From NCBI GenBank assembly GCA_017455145.1, contig JAFTBP010000007.1, forward strand, positions 19,505 through 83,504: a stretch of DNA of 64,000 nucleotides, given 5' to 3'. Shown here in pieces: positions 1-10,197 of the stretch. Source of the DNA: Candidatus Saccharimonadota bacterium (GTDB taxonomy: Bacteria; Patescibacteriota; Saccharimonadia; Saccharimonadales; Saccharimonadaceae). The translations under genes were made by a program, and so were the position numbers. Positions within the stretch are counted from its first letter, which is position 1, and each line of letters starts with the position of its first letter. The notes below the pieces were generated by a model. That model searched no databases, had not been told where the DNA came from, and saw only the letters and a list, made by a program, of their open reading frames with translations.

Positions 1-222
1 ATTAGCCAAAAAGGCCTATTCAAAAAAACGATAGTGGACCTTGGCCTAGACAAAATCCAGAGCATTTCCGTTAATATTCCAGGCGCCATTGCTGGAATCT
101 TTGGCTATGGTACTATTTTAATCCAGACCGCTGTTGGCGACTTGGTCATTTCTCAAGTCCCAAAGCCAAACGTAATACATAATAAATTGCAAGATGTTGC
201 AAGGAAAGCAGATTATGAGTAA
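1..222 (+). CDS. Bacterial PH-domain membrane protein, 5'-truncated by window edge
   Basis: Frame open from base 1 (ISQKGLFKKTIVDLGLDKIQSISV...IFGYGTILIQTA), typical bPH_2 pattern. Confidence 0.7.
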   Translation: MSQKGLFKKTIVDLGLDKIQSISVNIPGAIAGIFGYGTILIQTAVGDLVISQVPKPNVIHNKLQDVARKADYE

Positions 223-1279
223 AATCGCCACCGCGATTAAGAAAAAACTACCAAAAAAGCCCGAGCACAAAACCGAGAAAGAAAAATTAGACGAGCGCAG
301 GGAAGAAATTTTGTCCAAAGGACGCAAGTTCAAATATCCAATGCAATTCGCTAAGCACCGCCTAGTCTTTTTGACGATTGCGATTGCATTTATCGCCCTA
401 ATTGGGGTAGGCGTTTTTGGCTATGTTTCACTGTACAAGACCCAGAACACTAGCGATATTCTTTATCGTTTTACGACGGTTCTGCCACTTCCAGTCGCCA
501 AAATTGACGGCGAGCCAGTCCGCTATAGTGACTATCTGATGATTTATAGAAGTAGCATCACTCCAGTTGAGCAACAGAACGGTACATTTTCTGACAATCA
601 GACCGACGCTAACTCTCTACGCGATTATTACAAGCGCACCGCCTTGACCGACGCCGAGGATTATACTTACGCTATTAAACTAGCCAAGCAGATGGATATT
701 AAAGTTACCGACGAAATGATTGACCAGGCTTTTGATACGCATCGCAAACTTGGTGGTGTCGAGCGTAGTCGTGAGGGCTTCCTTAAGGTTATTAAAGATA
801 ATTTCAATCTCTCCGAGAAAGAATATCGTCGCATGCTTTACCTCTCACTGGTCAAAGAAGAAGTTTCCAAAAAAATTGACACCGAAGCCACCTCTAAGGC
901 TGAACGTGCTCTCGCTCAGGCCAAAACCGCAAATGGCGATCTTAAATCCGTAGCAGATCGCTTTGGCTTGGAATATGAAGATACGGGCGGTTTAATTGAC
1001 GTAATGAACGTTGACGGTGGTCGTTCTGACGTTGCGTATAGTATGCAACCGGGCACACTTAGCGATATCCTTACCTCTAGCAACGGAGACGCATATTATA
1101 TCATTTATCTTAAAGAAAAAGCCGAATCCAAGGTGAATTATGTCTCTATTAAGATTCCATTTACGGAACTAGGGAAACGCCTAGAAAACGTCCGCGAAGA
1201 GAACCGCGTTGAAGAATATATCACAATAGGCGAATATAGCAATTCCGAAGTTGAGACAATTCAGTCAGATGATCAGTAG
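215..1279 (+). CDS. SurA N-terminal/PrsA-like membrane-anchored foldase
   Basis: N-terminal TM helix, LPVAKIDGEPV motif, helical SurA-like region, degenerate parvulin-like tail; ATG at 215 overlaps the upstream stop. Confidence 0.65.
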   Translation: MSKIATAIKKKLPKKPEHKTEKEKLDERREEILSKGRKFKYPMQFAKHRLVFLTIAIAFIALIGVGVFGYVSLYKTQNTSDILYRFTTVLPLPVAKIDGEPVRYSDYLMIYRSSITPVEQQNGTFSDNQTDANSLRDYYKRTALTDAEDYTYAIKLAKQMDIKVTDEMIDQAFDTHRKLGGVERSREGFLKVIKDNFNLSEKEYRRMLYLSLVKEEVSKKIDTEATSKAERALAQAKTANGDLKSVADRFGLEYEDTGGLIDVMNVDGGRSDVAYSMQPGTLSDILTSSNGDAYYIIYLKEKAESKVNYVSIKIPFTELGKRLENVREENRVEEYITIGEYSNSEVETIQSDDQ

Positions 1280-1301
1280 ATATGCTATAATATATCTACT
1301 A

Positions 1302-1376
1302 GCGGGTATCGTATAACGGCTATTATGTATCCTTCCCAAGGATAAAATCGGGGTCCGACTCCCCGTACCCGCACCA
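1302..1376 (+). tRNA. tRNA-Gly(CCC)
   Basis: GCGGGTA/TACCCGC acceptor stem, TATCC-TTCCCAA-GGATA anticodon arm, encoded CCA; TGcTATAAT promoter just upstream. Confidence 0.93.
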
Positions 1377-1395
1377 TTTGTAGGAAAGACTAAAA

Positions 1396-1433
1396 TTAGC
1401 ACTCTTGACACGAGAGTGCTAATTTGCTATCAT
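1396..1433 (+). promoter_or_regulatory. CIRCE operator (HrcA site) overlapping the sigma70 promoter of clpC
   Basis: Perfect TTAGCACTC-N9-GAGTGCTAA (1396-1422); TTGACA at 1405-1410 lies inside the spacer, 17 nt from TATCAT at 1428-1433. Confidence 0.93.
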
Positions 1434-1439
1434 AAAAGT

Positions 1440-3917
1440 ATGCAAGATGAATTTAACGAAATTATGAGCCATCTATCCGAAAACGCTCGTTTTGCTATCC
1501 AAAAAGCGGATATGTATAGTAAGCGCTATAACAATGGCTATATGAGCACCGAACACCTTCTTCTCGGCATCTTAGATATGGATAATTCTACTGGTGCCCA
1601 CATTCTAATAAACGAGGGAATTGAACTTTCTGACGTTGAGAAATCTATTAATGCTACCGCCGTAGAAGTCCCTAGTTCTCAGATGGCAATGATGTCTTTG
1701 TCTGAGGCTGCCGTACTTACTCTCAGAATTGCAAATAGTTTTGCTCGCGAATATGGTTTAGATGTAGTTGGTACGGAGCATATCTTATACGCTCTTGTTA
1801 CTCAGCCTAATTCTCGCGCTGCCCTTATCCTAGAAGGTCTTAAAGTAGATATTGATGATGTCGCCAAAACCATTGAAGATTTAGTTACAAACCAAGCCGA
1901 ATCTGCCAAAAAAGCCAAAGCCAAAGAAAAATACACTAATCGTCCTAAGCTCAAATGGCTTTCTCGCTACGGCGAAGATTTAACCGAGCTTGCCAAAGAC
2001 GGAAAACTAGATACGGTCATTGGTCGTGACAAAGAAATTGAACGCGTTGTCACCGTGCTTTGTCGTCGTACTAAATCTAATCCAGTTCTAATTGGCGAAG
2101 CTGGCGTAGGGAAGACCGCTATTGTAGAAGGTCTTGCTTCTCGCATCGCCAAAAACGACGTCCCAGGAAACCTAATCGGCAAACACGTCTATCAAGTAGA
2201 TTTATCGTCTCTTGTTGCTGGCACTAAGCTTCGCGGTGAATTTGAGGAACGTATTAAAGGTGTTATAGACGAAGCTGTTTCTAACCCGTCCATCATTCTG
2301 TTCATTGACGAGCTTCATCTTCTTGCGGGCGCCGGTGCCGGTAGCGAAGGTACTATGGACGCCGCCAATATCTTAAAGCCCGCCCTTGCTCGTGGCAATA
2401 TCCATCTTATTGGTGCAACTACCCTAGACGAATACCGAAAGAACATAGAAAAAGACAAAGCCCTTGCTCGCCGTTTTCAGACGGTACTAGTAGAGGAGCC
2501 AAGCAACGCAGTTACTCTTCGCATTCTAAAGGGGATTAAATCTCATTACGAAAAACATCACGGCGTAGAAATCCCAGACAAAATCCTAGACACCGCTATT
2601 AATATGTCTAGTCGCTATATTAATGATCGTTTTATGCCAGACAAAGTTATTGACGTTATTGATGAAGCTTCTGCTATTGCTAAGGTCGCCGAAGACAAAA
2701 AAGGCGGTAGTCGTTATAAGAAATTAAAAATTGAAGAAAAAGACCTAAATGAAAAAATAGAAGCCTCCGCCGAAGCAGAAGATTTTGAAAAAGCCGCGCT
2801 CTATAAGACTCGTCTAGCCCAAATCAAAGAAGAAATCAAAAAGCTAGAAAAAGCAGGCTTTGGCAAAGAAAAAACGCCAAAACTTACCGAAGAGCATTTG
2901 GCCAAAGCAATTTCGCTTAAGACTGGTATTCCAGTTTCCAAAGTTCACGGCTCTGAGATGGAGTTACTACTTAAACTTGAGGACCACATAGACAAGGCCA
3001 TTATCGGTCAAGACGAAGCCGTCCACGCCGTAGCTAAAGCCATTCGTCGCGGTCGTTCTGGTATTGCTAACAGCAACCGTCCAATCGGCTCCTTCCTCTT
3101 TATGGGGCCTACCGGCGTTGGCAAGACCGAGCTAGCTCGCGTTATTGCGCGCGAAGTTTTTGGCGGAGAAAACGCCCTAATTAAGATTGACATGTCCGAA
3201 TTCGGCGAAAAACACAACGTCTCTCGTCTAGTTGGCGCTCCGGCTGGCTATATTGGCTATGATGATGGCGGTAAACTCACTGAAGCTGTCCGTCGTCGCC
3301 CATATTCCGTCGTTCTCTTTGACGAAATAGAAAAAGCCCACCCAGACGTATTTAACCTCCTTCTTCAAATTTTGGAAGATGGTATCTTGACTGATGGTCA
3401 GGGCAACAAGATTAAGTTTAATAACACTGTAATTATCCTAACTTCTAATCTCGGCGCTGAAAGTATGTATCAGGATGATGATTTTGGCTTCTCTGCCCAT
3501 CACGATTCCGACAAAAAATCTCGCGAAGCCGAGTACGAGCTCCAAAAATCCGTAGCGCAACGTGCCTTGAAGAAGGCTATGCGCCCAGAACTAATTAACC
3601 GCTTAGACGCCATCCTAGTCTTCCATCCACTCACTAAGAAACAAGTTGAGCAAATCTTTGACAACCTCATAGAAGATTTAAGAAAACGTCTTGTCACCAA
3701 GCACCTAGGCATTAAAATTTCTGACAAGGCTAAGGCCTGGCTCATTGATGTTGGTTACGACCCAAAGAATGGTGCTCGCCCACTCCGTCGTGCTATTGAA
3801 GATAATGTTGAATCATTAGTCTCTGACGCAATTATTGCTGGCAAGGTCAAATCCGGCGACATCATTAGTATTGATCTCAAAAACAAAGAGCTAAAACTAA
3901 GTATTACAAAGGAGTAA
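1440..3917 (+). CDS. clpC: ATP-dependent Clp protease ATP-binding subunit ClpC
   Basis: Clp-N repeats, two Walker A motifs ([16 protein letters not shown]), UVR-like middle domain; start reassigned to ATG 1440. Confidence 0.92.
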   Translation: MQDEFNEIMSHLSENARFAIQKADMYSKRYNNGYMSTEHLLLGILDMDNSTGAHILINEGIELSDVEKSINATAVEVPSSQMAMMSLSEAAVLTLRIANSFAREYGLDVVGTEHILYALVTQPNSRAALILEGLKVDIDDVAKTIEDLVTNQAESAKKAKAKEKYTNRPKLKWLSRYGEDLTELAKDGKLDTVIGRDKEIERVVTVLCRRTKSNPVLIGEAGVGKTAIVEGLASRIAKNDVPGNLIGKHVYQVDLSSLVAGTKLRGEFEERIKGVIDEAVSNPSIILFIDELHLLAGAGAGSEGTMDAANILKPALARGNIHLIGATTLDEYRKNIEKDKALARRFQTVLVEEPSNAVTLRILKGIKSHYEKHHGVEIPDKILDTAINMSSRYINDRFMPDKVIDVIDEASAIAKVAEDKKGGSRYKKLKIEEKDLNEKIEASAEAEDFEKAALYKTRLAQIKEEIKKLEKAGFGKEKTPKLTEEHLAKAISLKTGIPVSKVHGSEMELLLKLEDHIDKAIIGQDEAVHAVAKAIRRGRSGIANSNRPIGSFLFMGPTGVGKTELARVIAREVFGGENALIKIDMSEFGEKHNVSRLVGAPAGYIGYDDGGKLTEAVRRRPYSVVLFDEIEKAHPDVFNLLLQILEDGILTDGQGNKIKFNNTVIILTSNLGAESMYQDDDFGFSAHHDSDKKSREAEYELQKSVAQRALKKAMRPELINRLDAILVFHPLTKKQVEQIFDNLIEDLRKRLVTKHLGIKISDKAKAWLIDVGYDPKNGARPLRRAIEDNVESLVSDAIIAGKVKSGDIISIDLKNKELKLSITKE

Positions 3918-3918
3918 T

Positions 3919-4902
3919 ATGAAAAAACAAATCCTAAGAATATTACCAATTGCCATCGTGGTAGTGACGGGCCTTTTAGGGCTTCTCGCCTACCAGAACC
4001 GGGTATATCTTACAGATTTGTTTCTAAGCTTTCAATATTCTGCCTCTCCAGAACTTTCTTCCCTAGAAAATGACCTTGAGCTAACCGATTCTGCAGGTTT
4101 AATTCTCCGCGCTTCTCATCCATCTCTAGAATCACGCGAAGAATTTAATATTCTATGTGATTCTCACGACGAACAAATTTCTGTTTTGGGTTGTTATACA
4201 GACCGAAAAATCTACATCTATAATATAGAAGAATCCGAACTTTCCGGAATCAAAGAATCAACTTTAGCGCACGAACTTTTACACGCGGTCTGGGCGCGCA
4301 CTCCATCTTCTGAACGTGACCATATTTCTCGCCTTCTTGCCGAAGTCTATAACCAGCAAGAATATCACGACCAGCTTGCCGAAGATTTAGAAACCTATGA
4401 TGATGCCGAGCGCGTAGACGAACTTCACTCTCGCATTGGCACAGAAATTGCTAATCTCCCAGCCGAGCTAGAATCTCACTATGCTAAATATTTCAAAAAC
4501 CAAGACAAAGTCGTAGATTTTTACGAAAACTACATTACTCCTTTCCGCGAGCTGTCCGAAGAGATTGATAATCTTTCCACGGAGCTAGAAAAACTAAACC
4601 AAGAAATTGAAGAAAAGACCTCAGCCTATTACAAAAGTGCAGAAAAACTTTCCGCCGAGATTGACGAATTTAATAATTGCGCTAGAACCTCTGGCTGCTT
4701 TGCTACGGAATACGCGTTTAATGCTCGTAGGAATCAACTTCTTGCCAATGAATCCGAAATAGAATCCGCCTATGAAAAGCTAAACAAAATGATTAACGAT
4801 TACAATAAATTGGTAGAAGAATACAACGCCAATGTTATTCGCGGAGAGACCCTAGAATCAGTAATTAATAGCAATGCTAAATACGAAGAAAAAATTAAGT
4901 AA
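3919..4902 (+). CDS. Membrane-anchored HExxH zinc-metallopeptidase-like protein with C-terminal coiled coil
   Basis: N-terminal [13 protein letters not shown] motif, heptad-rich C-terminus. Confidence 0.6.
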   Translation: MKKQILRILPIAIVVVTGLLGLLAYQNRVYLTDLFLSFQYSASPELSSLENDLELTDSAGLILRASHPSLESREEFNILCDSHDEQISVLGCYTDRKIYIYNIEESELSGIKESTLAHELLHAVWARTPSSERDHISRLLAEVYNQQEYHDQLAEDLETYDDAERVDELHSRIGTEIANLPAELESHYAKYFKNQDKVVDFYENYITPFRELSEEIDNLSTELEKLNQEIEEKTSAYYKSAEKLSAEIDEFNNCARTSGCFATEYAFNARRNQLLANESEIESAYEKLNKMINDYNKLVEEYNANVIRGETLESVINSNAKYEEKIK

Positions 4903-4912
4903 AGGAGAAATT

Positions 4913-5512
4913 ATGAAATCACCAAAAAATGACTATTTAGTCCCAACCGTCGTAGAAGAAACCGCTAAAGGCGAGCGCGCTTACGATATTTATTCTCGCC
5001 TCCTTAACGATCGTATCGTTTTCTTGGGCGAGGATGTTAACCCCCATACAGCTAACCTCGTTGTGGCCCAGCTTCTTTTCTTGGCTCACGAAGACCCAAA
5101 GAAAGATATCAAACTCTACATCAACTCCCCAGGCGGCTCCGTTTATGATGGCCTAGCTATCATTGATACCATTAACTACATCCAGCCAGATGTCCAGACT
5201 ATTGGTATTGGTCTTCAGGCCTCTATGGGTGCTATGCTTCTTTCTGCTGGCACCAAAGGCAAACGTTTTGTCCTACCGAATTCTCGCATTATGATTCACC
5301 AGCCATCTTACGGCTCTCCACAAAGCAAAGTTACGGATCAAGAAATTGAGCTAAAAGAAGGTTTGCTTCTTAAGAAACTCTTGATTGAGATGCTCGCCAA
5401 AAACACCGGCAAAGACGTCAAGCAAGTAGAAAAAGATATGGACCGTGATAAATGGATGTCTGCCGAAGAAGCCAAAAAATACGGTATCATTGACGAAGTT
5501 ATCACCAAATAG
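4913..5512 (+). CDS. clpP: ATP-dependent Clp protease proteolytic subunit
   Basis: [25 protein letters not shown] motifs; AAGGAG SD before ATG 4913. Confidence 0.96.
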   Translation: MKSPKNDYLVPTVVEETAKGERAYDIYSRLLNDRIVFLGEDVNPHTANLVVAQLLFLAHEDPKKDIKLYINSPGGSVYDGLAIIDTINYIQPDVQTIGIGLQASMGAMLLSAGTKGKRFVLPNSRIMIHQPSYGSPQSKVTDQEIELKEGLLLKKLLIEMLAKNTGKDVKQVEKDMDRDKWMSAEEAKKYGIIDEVITK

Positions 5513-5986
5513 TTAAAACTTATGATGTAACGAGTGGCAGATAGCTGCAGCCAAGGCATCTGCCGCATCGTCTGGTTTAGGCACTTGAGTCAGGTTTAGG
5601 TGCCTTTTTACGACCTCCTGCATCTGCTTTTTGTCTGCGTGTCCATAGCCCGTCATCGTGCTTTTAATCTCGTTTGGGCTATATTCAAAAATCGGAAGTT
5701 TATTTTGTTTGGCGACTAGCATACATACTCCGCGCGCCTCCGCTACAGAAATACCCGTACTAATATTTTGCATAAAAAACAATTTTTCTATACTAACGAC
5801 TTCGGGCTTGTTCAAATCAATAATCTCGTTTAGGGAATCATAAATATCTTCTAGACGCTCAGGCAGTGGCGTATGCGGTGGAGTAGCAATTACGCCCGCA
5901 TCTACCAGCGAAGCCTTTCCGCGTTTAAAATCAATCACGCCGAATCCGCAAATGCCCGTACCAGGGTCTATCCCTAGAATTCTCAT
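5513..5986 (-). CDS. ruvC: Holliday junction resolvase RuvC
   Basis: ILGIDPG...E...DDAADALA motifs. Confidence 0.96.
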   Translation of the reverse strand: MRILGIDPGTGICGFGVIDFKRGKASLVDAGVIATPPHTPLPERLEDIYDSLNEIIDLNKPEVVSIEKLFFMQNISTGISVAEARGVCMLVAKQNKLPIFEYSPNEIKSTMTGYGHADKKQMQEVVKRHLNLTQVPKPDDAADALAAAICHSLHHKF

Positions 5987-6018
5987 ATCTAAATTATAGC
6001 ACGTGATATAATAACCTT

Positions 6019-6597
6019 ATGATTGCACACGTCAAAGGAATAATTGCCGAAAAATTTAATACGTCCGTCATCGTAGACGTAAATGGCGTTGGCTATGAAG
6101 TTGCCCTGTCCGCACTAGATTATGAAGACGCCAAACTAGACGAAGAGAAGAAATATTACACTTACCACAAAATATCAGAAAATGCCGAAGAACTCTATGG
6201 CTTCTCTACACTTTCCGCCAAGAAAATTTTTGAACTTTTAATTTCCGTAAACGGCGTTGGACCAAAAGCCGGCATGGCTATTTTGTCGCTCGCCCCACCA
6301 GAAGAAGTCAGAAATGCGATTGCTAATGCTGACACCGGGTTTATCTCTAAGGCATCCGGCGTCGGCAAAAAATCCGCCGAACGCGTAGTAGTTGACTTGC
6401 GTGACAAAGTCGGATTACCGTCCAAATATGGCGCCACAGAAGTTGTTGGCGCAATCAAAACTGACGAGTCTGACGAGGCTCTAGATGCTCTTATGGCGCT
6501 TGGTTTCCCACTAAAAGAAGCCACGGATGCCTTATCAAAAGTAGATGCGTCCCTCTCTGTAGAAGAACGCATCAAACAGGCTCTCAAAAACCGTTAG
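6019..6597 (+). CDS. ruvA: Holliday junction branch migration protein RuvA
   Basis: VNGVGYEV, LISVNGVGPK HhH motifs, ALMALGF C-terminus. Confidence 0.96.
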   Translation: MIAHVKGIIAEKFNTSVIVDVNGVGYEVALSALDYEDAKLDEEKKYYTYHKISENAEELYGFSTLSAKKIFELLISVNGVGPKAGMAILSLAPPEEVRNAIANADTGFISKASGVGKKSAERVVVDLRDKVGLPSKYGATEVVGAIKTDESDEALDALMALGFPLKEATDALSKVDASLSVEERIKQALKNR

Positions 6598-6599
6598 TA

Positions 6600-7952
6600 T
6601 TAGTGATTCATATATTTAATTAGAGTATTACGTAAATCTTTGACCGGCAAAACAAACGGGTCTTTTATTGTGGCGGGAGCAATAGCGTGCGTAAATCCTA
6701 GTTTCTTTGCCTCAGAAATACGCTGGTCTGGACGGAAAGCAGAGCGAATTTCTCCGCCTAGCCCCACCTCGCCAAATACTACGTATTTTTCTGATAATTT
6801 TCGCTTTGCCACAGCAGAAGCGATAGCGAGACACACTGCTAAATCTGCCGCAGAATCCTGAACTTTTATCCCGCCGACCACATTAATAAAAATGTCTAGG
6901 TCAGATAATTTTAATTTGGTCCGACGCTCTAATACCGCAATAAGTAGATTTAGACGATTAATATCAAACCCCGAGCACGCGCGTTTCGGATACCCAAAAG
7001 TAGATGTCGTAGCGAGCGCCTGAATCTCCACGAGGAGCGGACGGTTTCCTTCAAGCGTAGAAAGAATAATAGAGCCGTCGGTATTTTGGCGCTCGGCTAG
7101 GAGCGCGGCAGAAGGGTCTTTTACTTCGGCTAGACCGAGCTGACCCATTTCAAAAATTGCCACTTCCATCGTAGAGCCAAACCGATTTTTAATGGCACGT
7201 ACAGTTTTAAATCCACCATAGCGATCGCCTTCAAAATTAATTACTACATCCACTAAATGCTCTAGGACTTTTGGACCAGCCAGCGAACCGTCCTTTGTAA
7301 CGTGACCAACTATTACAACCGCCGTATCAGACGCTTTGGCCGCGCGAATAATGAGGTTTCCGCAATTTGTTACTTGGGAAACGTTGCCCGGCGCAGAAGT
7401 GAGTTCTGCCAGCGACAAAGTCTGAATAGAATCCACTACCACAAATTTAAACTCGCCAGATTCTATGGTTTTAGCAATATCATTTCCGGAAGTACTGCTC
7501 GCAAAATTTAACATTTCCGACCTAGCACCTAAACGCTCTGCGCGAAGCTTAACTTGCCCGGCAGACTCCTCGCCAGAAACATAGAGCACGGGCTGCTCCT
7601 CAGAGATTTTAGAACAAATCTGCATCAGAAGTGTGGATTTGCCAATGCCCGGCTGACCAGTAAGAAGGGAAACAGAACCCTGTAAAAATCCTCCGCCAAG
7701 CACCGCGTCTAGGTCTTTGAATCCAGTTAAAAGTCGCGCCGAAGAATCCGACGGAATGATGTCGTTTATAGAAACACTTTCTAGGATTTTGCCAGAAAGG
7801 CGACCTTGCGATACGGCGTTTTTACCAGTTTCTTCCACGCCGACCTGTTCTACTAATGTGTTCCATTCGCCACAATTTTCGCACTTGCCGTTCCACTTGG
7901 AAAAACTGGCTCCACAACTTTGACAGACAAAATTCGCTTTATGCTTTACCAT
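6600..7952 (-). CDS. radA: DNA repair protein RadA/Sms
   Basis: C4 zinc finger, GQPGIGKST, KNRFG motif, Lon-like C-terminus. Confidence 0.96.
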   Translation of the reverse strand: MVKHKANFVCQSCGASFSKWNGKCENCGEWNTLVEQVGVEETGKNAVSQGRLSGKILESVSINDIIPSDSSARLLTGFKDLDAVLGGGFLQGSVSLLTGQPGIGKSTLLMQICSKISEEQPVLYVSGEESAGQVKLRAERLGARSEMLNFASSTSGNDIAKTIESGEFKFVVVDSIQTLSLAELTSAPGNVSQVTNCGNLIIRAAKASDTAVVIVGHVTKDGSLAGPKVLEHLVDVVINFEGDRYGGFKTVRAIKNRFGSTMEVAIFEMGQLGLAEVKDPSAALLAERQNTDGSIILSTLEGNRPLLVEIQALATTSTFGYPKRACSGFDINRLNLLIAVLERRTKLKLSDLDIFINVVGGIKVQDSAADLAVCLAIASAVAKRKLSEKYVVFGEVGLGGEIRSAFRPDQRISEAKKLGFTHAIAPATIKDPFVLPVKDLRNTLIKYMNH

Positions 7953-7969
7953 AGTCGCCTCCGCATAGA

Positions 7970-8512
7970 TTAATAATTCACAGCGCGGATTTCAAAGAAA
8001 CTCTGTGGATGTGAGCAAACTGGGCATACTTCCGGTGCTTTTTCGCCAGTAAATAGATAGCCACAATTTCTACATTTCCAAACCGTCACTTTTGGCGACT
8101 TAAACACTACATCATCATCAATGTTTTTAAGTAGCTTCTTATAGCGCTCTTCGTGGTCTTTTTCTATTGCGCCTACGCCCTCAAATTTCTGGGCGATTTC
8201 TTCAAACCCTTCCTCGCGTGCTACTTTGGCAAACTCTTTGTACATTTTGTTAGTTTCATAATCTTCACCCGCGATGGCGTCTTCTAGGTTTGCTGTCGTG
8301 TCTGGCATCTCATTATCGTGTAAGATTTTGAACCAAATTTTAGCGTGCTCTTTTTCGTTGCCAGCGGTTTCTTCAAAAATCGCACCCATTTGTTCGTAAC
8401 CGTCTTTTTTGGCTTTGCTCGCATAGTACATATATTTTGTATAGGCCTGCGCCTCGCCAGCAAACGCCGTTTGCAAATTTTTGTAAGTTTTAGAATCTTT
8501 AAACTCAGCCAT
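7970..8512 (-). CDS. rbr: Rubrerythrin
   Basis: AFAGE, EKEH, EKDH diiron motifs plus CRNC...CPVC rubredoxin domain. Confidence 0.93.
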   Translation of the reverse strand: MAEFKDSKTYKNLQTAFAGEAQAYTKYMYYASKAKKDGYEQMGAIFEETAGNEKEHAKIWFKILHDNEMPDTTANLEDAIAGEDYETNKMYKEFAKVAREEGFEEIAQKFEGVGAIEKDHEERYKKLLKNIDDDVVFKSPKVTVWKCRNCGYLFTGEKAPEVCPVCSHPQSFFEIRAVNY

Positions 8513-8619
8513 ATTCCTCCTTTTGTTCTCTAATTATAGCATAGCCACCCCCCACCCCAGTAATTTCAGCCAAAAATTGTGGAAAACTTGCATTTTTGAA
8601 AAAAGCATAAAAATTATGC

Positions 8620-8652
8620 TTGACAAAAGCGTCTGGGGGGGGGGGGTATTAT
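8620..8652 (+). promoter_or_regulatory. Sigma70 promoter with a G12 homopolymer in the -35/-10 spacer
   Basis: TTGACA (8620-8625), G tract 8635-8646, TATTAT (8647-8652); spacer 21 nt. Confidence 0.7.
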
Positions 8653-8704
8653 GAGAATACAAAAGGTCATAAATATAAAAACTGACATAAAGAAAGGAAC
8701 AAAC

Positions 8705-9574
8705 ATGTCTAAAACTACAAAAATTATTGCAGCCCTCGGTGTTGTCGCCGGCCTCGGCGTCGCCGCCTTGCCAGCATTTACGTATGCAGAATCTACCACT
8801 GGCGATGTAGAAGTTGATGTTGAAGTCCTTCCAGCTATCGCTATGACGATTGTTGGTAATAACGATGACGGCAGCGTAGTATCCTTTGGCGATGCGCGCG
8901 TAAGCTATGCCGCTGTTACTCCGGATGGTGACGAAGATCCTTCAGAGGAAGGCTGGTACGTAGAAAATGAAGGCGCATATACTATAACTACAGATACGTC
9001 CGTTCAGCCTGGAACGACCTACTATGAACAAATTACTAGAAATAGCTACAACTCAGTAGCTGCATTTAGCCCAGCTGATGCCGCATCTAGCAAGATTGAT
9101 ACCTATACTACCGGTGTTACTTCCATCAATGCTCTTTCATCTTCTGCATGGCAAATGCTTCCAAATCAGGCCAAGGAAGGCGGCGATTTTAAATCTACGA
9201 TTACCGTCTATACGAACGCAGCGTCTGGTTATAGCTTAACTCTTAAGGATGCTGACACTAACAACAGCCTCGTGAATGGAGCATACTCCATCCGCGCTGT
9301 TGGCTCATACGAAGTAGAAACCGGCGTCAATAATACTATCACTGCTGGTCAAGATTCTTGGGGCTACAGAGTTTCAGCACAGCATGGTGCAGACCTCCCA
9401 TCTCCTGCCGCCTGGGCTGCAGTTCCTACTGCATCTGGTGCCGCAATCTCCTCTCTTGGGACTAAGACCACAGGAGGCGACCAGACCGTAGTTGAATACG
9501 GTGTTTCCACTGCAGCAGATCAGGCAACTGGTATCTATAGAGATACGATTATCTATACCGCAACAACTAATTAA
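8705..9574 (+). CDS. Secreted pilin/WxL-like surface protein
   Basis: AAGGAA SD, signal peptide ending TYA, beta-rich body ending ...VEYGV...GIYRDTIIYTATTN; start reassigned to 8705. Confidence 0.6.
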   Translation: MSKTTKIIAALGVVAGLGVAALPAFTYAESTTGDVEVDVEVLPAIAMTIVGNNDDGSVVSFGDARVSYAAVTPDGDEDPSEEGWYVENEGAYTITTDTSVQPGTTYYEQITRNSYNSVAAFSPADAASSKIDTYTTGVTSINALSSSAWQMLPNQAKEGGDFKSTITVYTNAASGYSLTLKDADTNNSLVNGAYSIRAVGSYEVETGVNNTITAGQDSWGYRVSAQHGADLPSPAAWAAVPTASGAAISSLGTKTTGGDQTVVEYGVSTAADQATGIYRDTIIYTATTN

Positions 9575-9673
9575 TCTAGCTCACGCGCATGAGCGGGTGC
9601 GAATTTAAAAACTTTCTATAATATTTGTTATATGACCAAAACTAACCGATATTATATTTAGGACACGCATCCG

Positions 9674-9702
9674 GAAAATCCCCCTCCTGTAGGGGGATTT
9701 TC
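9674..9702 (+). terminator. Rho-independent terminator
   Basis: GAAAATCCCCCT-CCTGT-AGGGGGATTTTC hairpin. Confidence 0.75.
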
Positions 9703-9795
9703 AATGTATACTAGTTTAGCTTGCTATTTTAATAAAAAAGAAGCTCCAGGCTTAGCTCTAGGTGAGCCCTCTGGAACTCCAGTATCTTGATTATA

Positions 9796-10197
9796 TCAAA
9801 TTAACTTATCAATTTCAATAGCCTTACCGGCTCTGGTAACAAAAATTAAACGCTTAATACCACTTTTTCTCTTTAGCCTAGCGATTAGGTAGTTCTTAAT
9901 ACTTGAGTCCCTCAATTTTTTAACTCTGGATGAATCTATGACAATATTTTTAGACTGTCTCCTAAGCGCTTTTTGTAAATTATTTTCTACACACTTAATA
10001 GTGCTTCCTTCTGGGGATTTAAACTCAAAAAGAGTATCGTTTAGGTATGCATCTGCGGAACAAAAAGAATTATGCGCCGGTACGAATCTAACCGTATATC
10101 CAATCTCTTTTAACGCAAGGGCGCTATGCATTTCAAAAGGAAGCACGTTCCGTACTCCCGGCTCAATTACTATTTTGCCAGTATGCTTTATCCTCAT
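9796..10197 (-). CDS. Stand-alone PD-(D/E)xK nuclease resembling CdiA C-terminal toxin domains
   Basis: SADAYLNDTLFEFKSP...QSKNIVIDS pattern; ATG 10197 follows TACAAT. Confidence 0.55.
   Translation of the reverse strand: MRIKHTGKIVIEPGVRNVLPFEMHSALALKEIGYTVRFVPAHNSFCSADAYLNDTLFEFKSPEGSTIKCVENNLQKALRRQSKNIVIDSSRVKKLRDSSIKNYLIARLKRKSGIKRLIFVTRAGKAIEIDKLI

Noticed and set aside
8545-8559. CCACCCCCCACCCC tract upstream of rbr as a G-quadruplex or phase-variation site
   Set aside because: Interrupted, short runs with no clear -35 box to define a spacer; insufficient support
8614-8799. 61-aa minus-strand ORF with a poly-Pro run
   Set aside because: Antisense shadow of the signal peptide and the G12 promoter tract
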